Assembly (NCBI RefSeq): GCF_009914755.1
Contig: NC_060925.1
Strand: one strand, 5' to 3'
Source of the DNA: the human T2T-CHM13v2.0 reference genome, Homo sapiens
Length of the DNA: 64,000 nt
The notes under the pieces were generated by a model. It was not told the DNA's origin, ran no database searches, and worked only from the letters and a program-made list of their open reading frames with translations. Position 1 is the first letter of the stretch, and the number at the start of each line of letters is the position of its first letter. Both the position numbers and the translations under genes were made by a program. This document shows, piece by piece, positions 63,561 to 64,000 of the stretch.

Positions 63561-64000
63561 CACAGGCTCTCCTCCCACTGCCCCAGGCAAGCTCATCCTT
63601 GTATCGTTTCACCTTCCTAGAAAGGGGCATCTTGAAGTCATCATGCCCCCATAAGGCTCCTTTGTTATCTCAGGACCACATCAGCCCTAATGGGGGCCTT
63701 GAAAGGGCCTCAGGCTCACTCCTCTACTAACTCTGCTCATAAATTGGCAAAGACTGCTTGATTCTCCCTGCTTCCAACACCCTTCTGGACTACAGGAAGA
63801 GATACAGAGAGCAGGATGGCTTTCAGACACCTAGGTTGAGAACAGAAAGAAGGGAAAAAAGAGAGAGGGGTGTTCCGACATTCACCGGCACAGCGCTAGG
63901 TCAGAAGCAGCCCCATTCTCCACTGCAGGGTAGCTCTGGGTCAAGGCATGGAGGCTTAGGGGTGACCAATTAGACAGGAGATCTGACAAGTAAGAAGAAT

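Overview
This is primate (very probably human or great-ape) genomic DNA, mostly interspersed repeats, and I see no credible host protein-coding exon. The only gene element I recognise is a TATA-less promoter and non-coding first exon at about 60.4-60.77 kb (+ strand). It matches my recollection of the PRELP 5'UTR, which would make the window about 60 kb of upstream (FMOD-PRELP intergenic) DNA plus the start of PRELP intron 1. Main mobile elements: two same-orientation L1PA (about L1PA5) copies (1-2965, 20789-22500); an internally deleted HERV-K(HML-5)/LTR22 provirus with both LTRs, a tRNA-Met PBS, PPT and TSD (11691-14412, minus); about 20 Alus; many MIR, L2, CR1 and MaLR LTR relics; and several DNA-transposon relics (MADE1, MER20, MER44, MER63, MER5). 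Nearly all short ORFs in the track are repeat-derived or chance. I do not see a clearly new biological system. The most unusual signals are: (i) the two L1 copies 19.5 kb apart share eight apparently non-consensus substitutions; (ii) the compact, cis-intact HML-5 deletion derivative; (iii) two Alus that used the same endonuclease site in succession. Repeat subfamily names and boundaries of old repeats were assigned by eye from remembered consensus sequences and are approximate.
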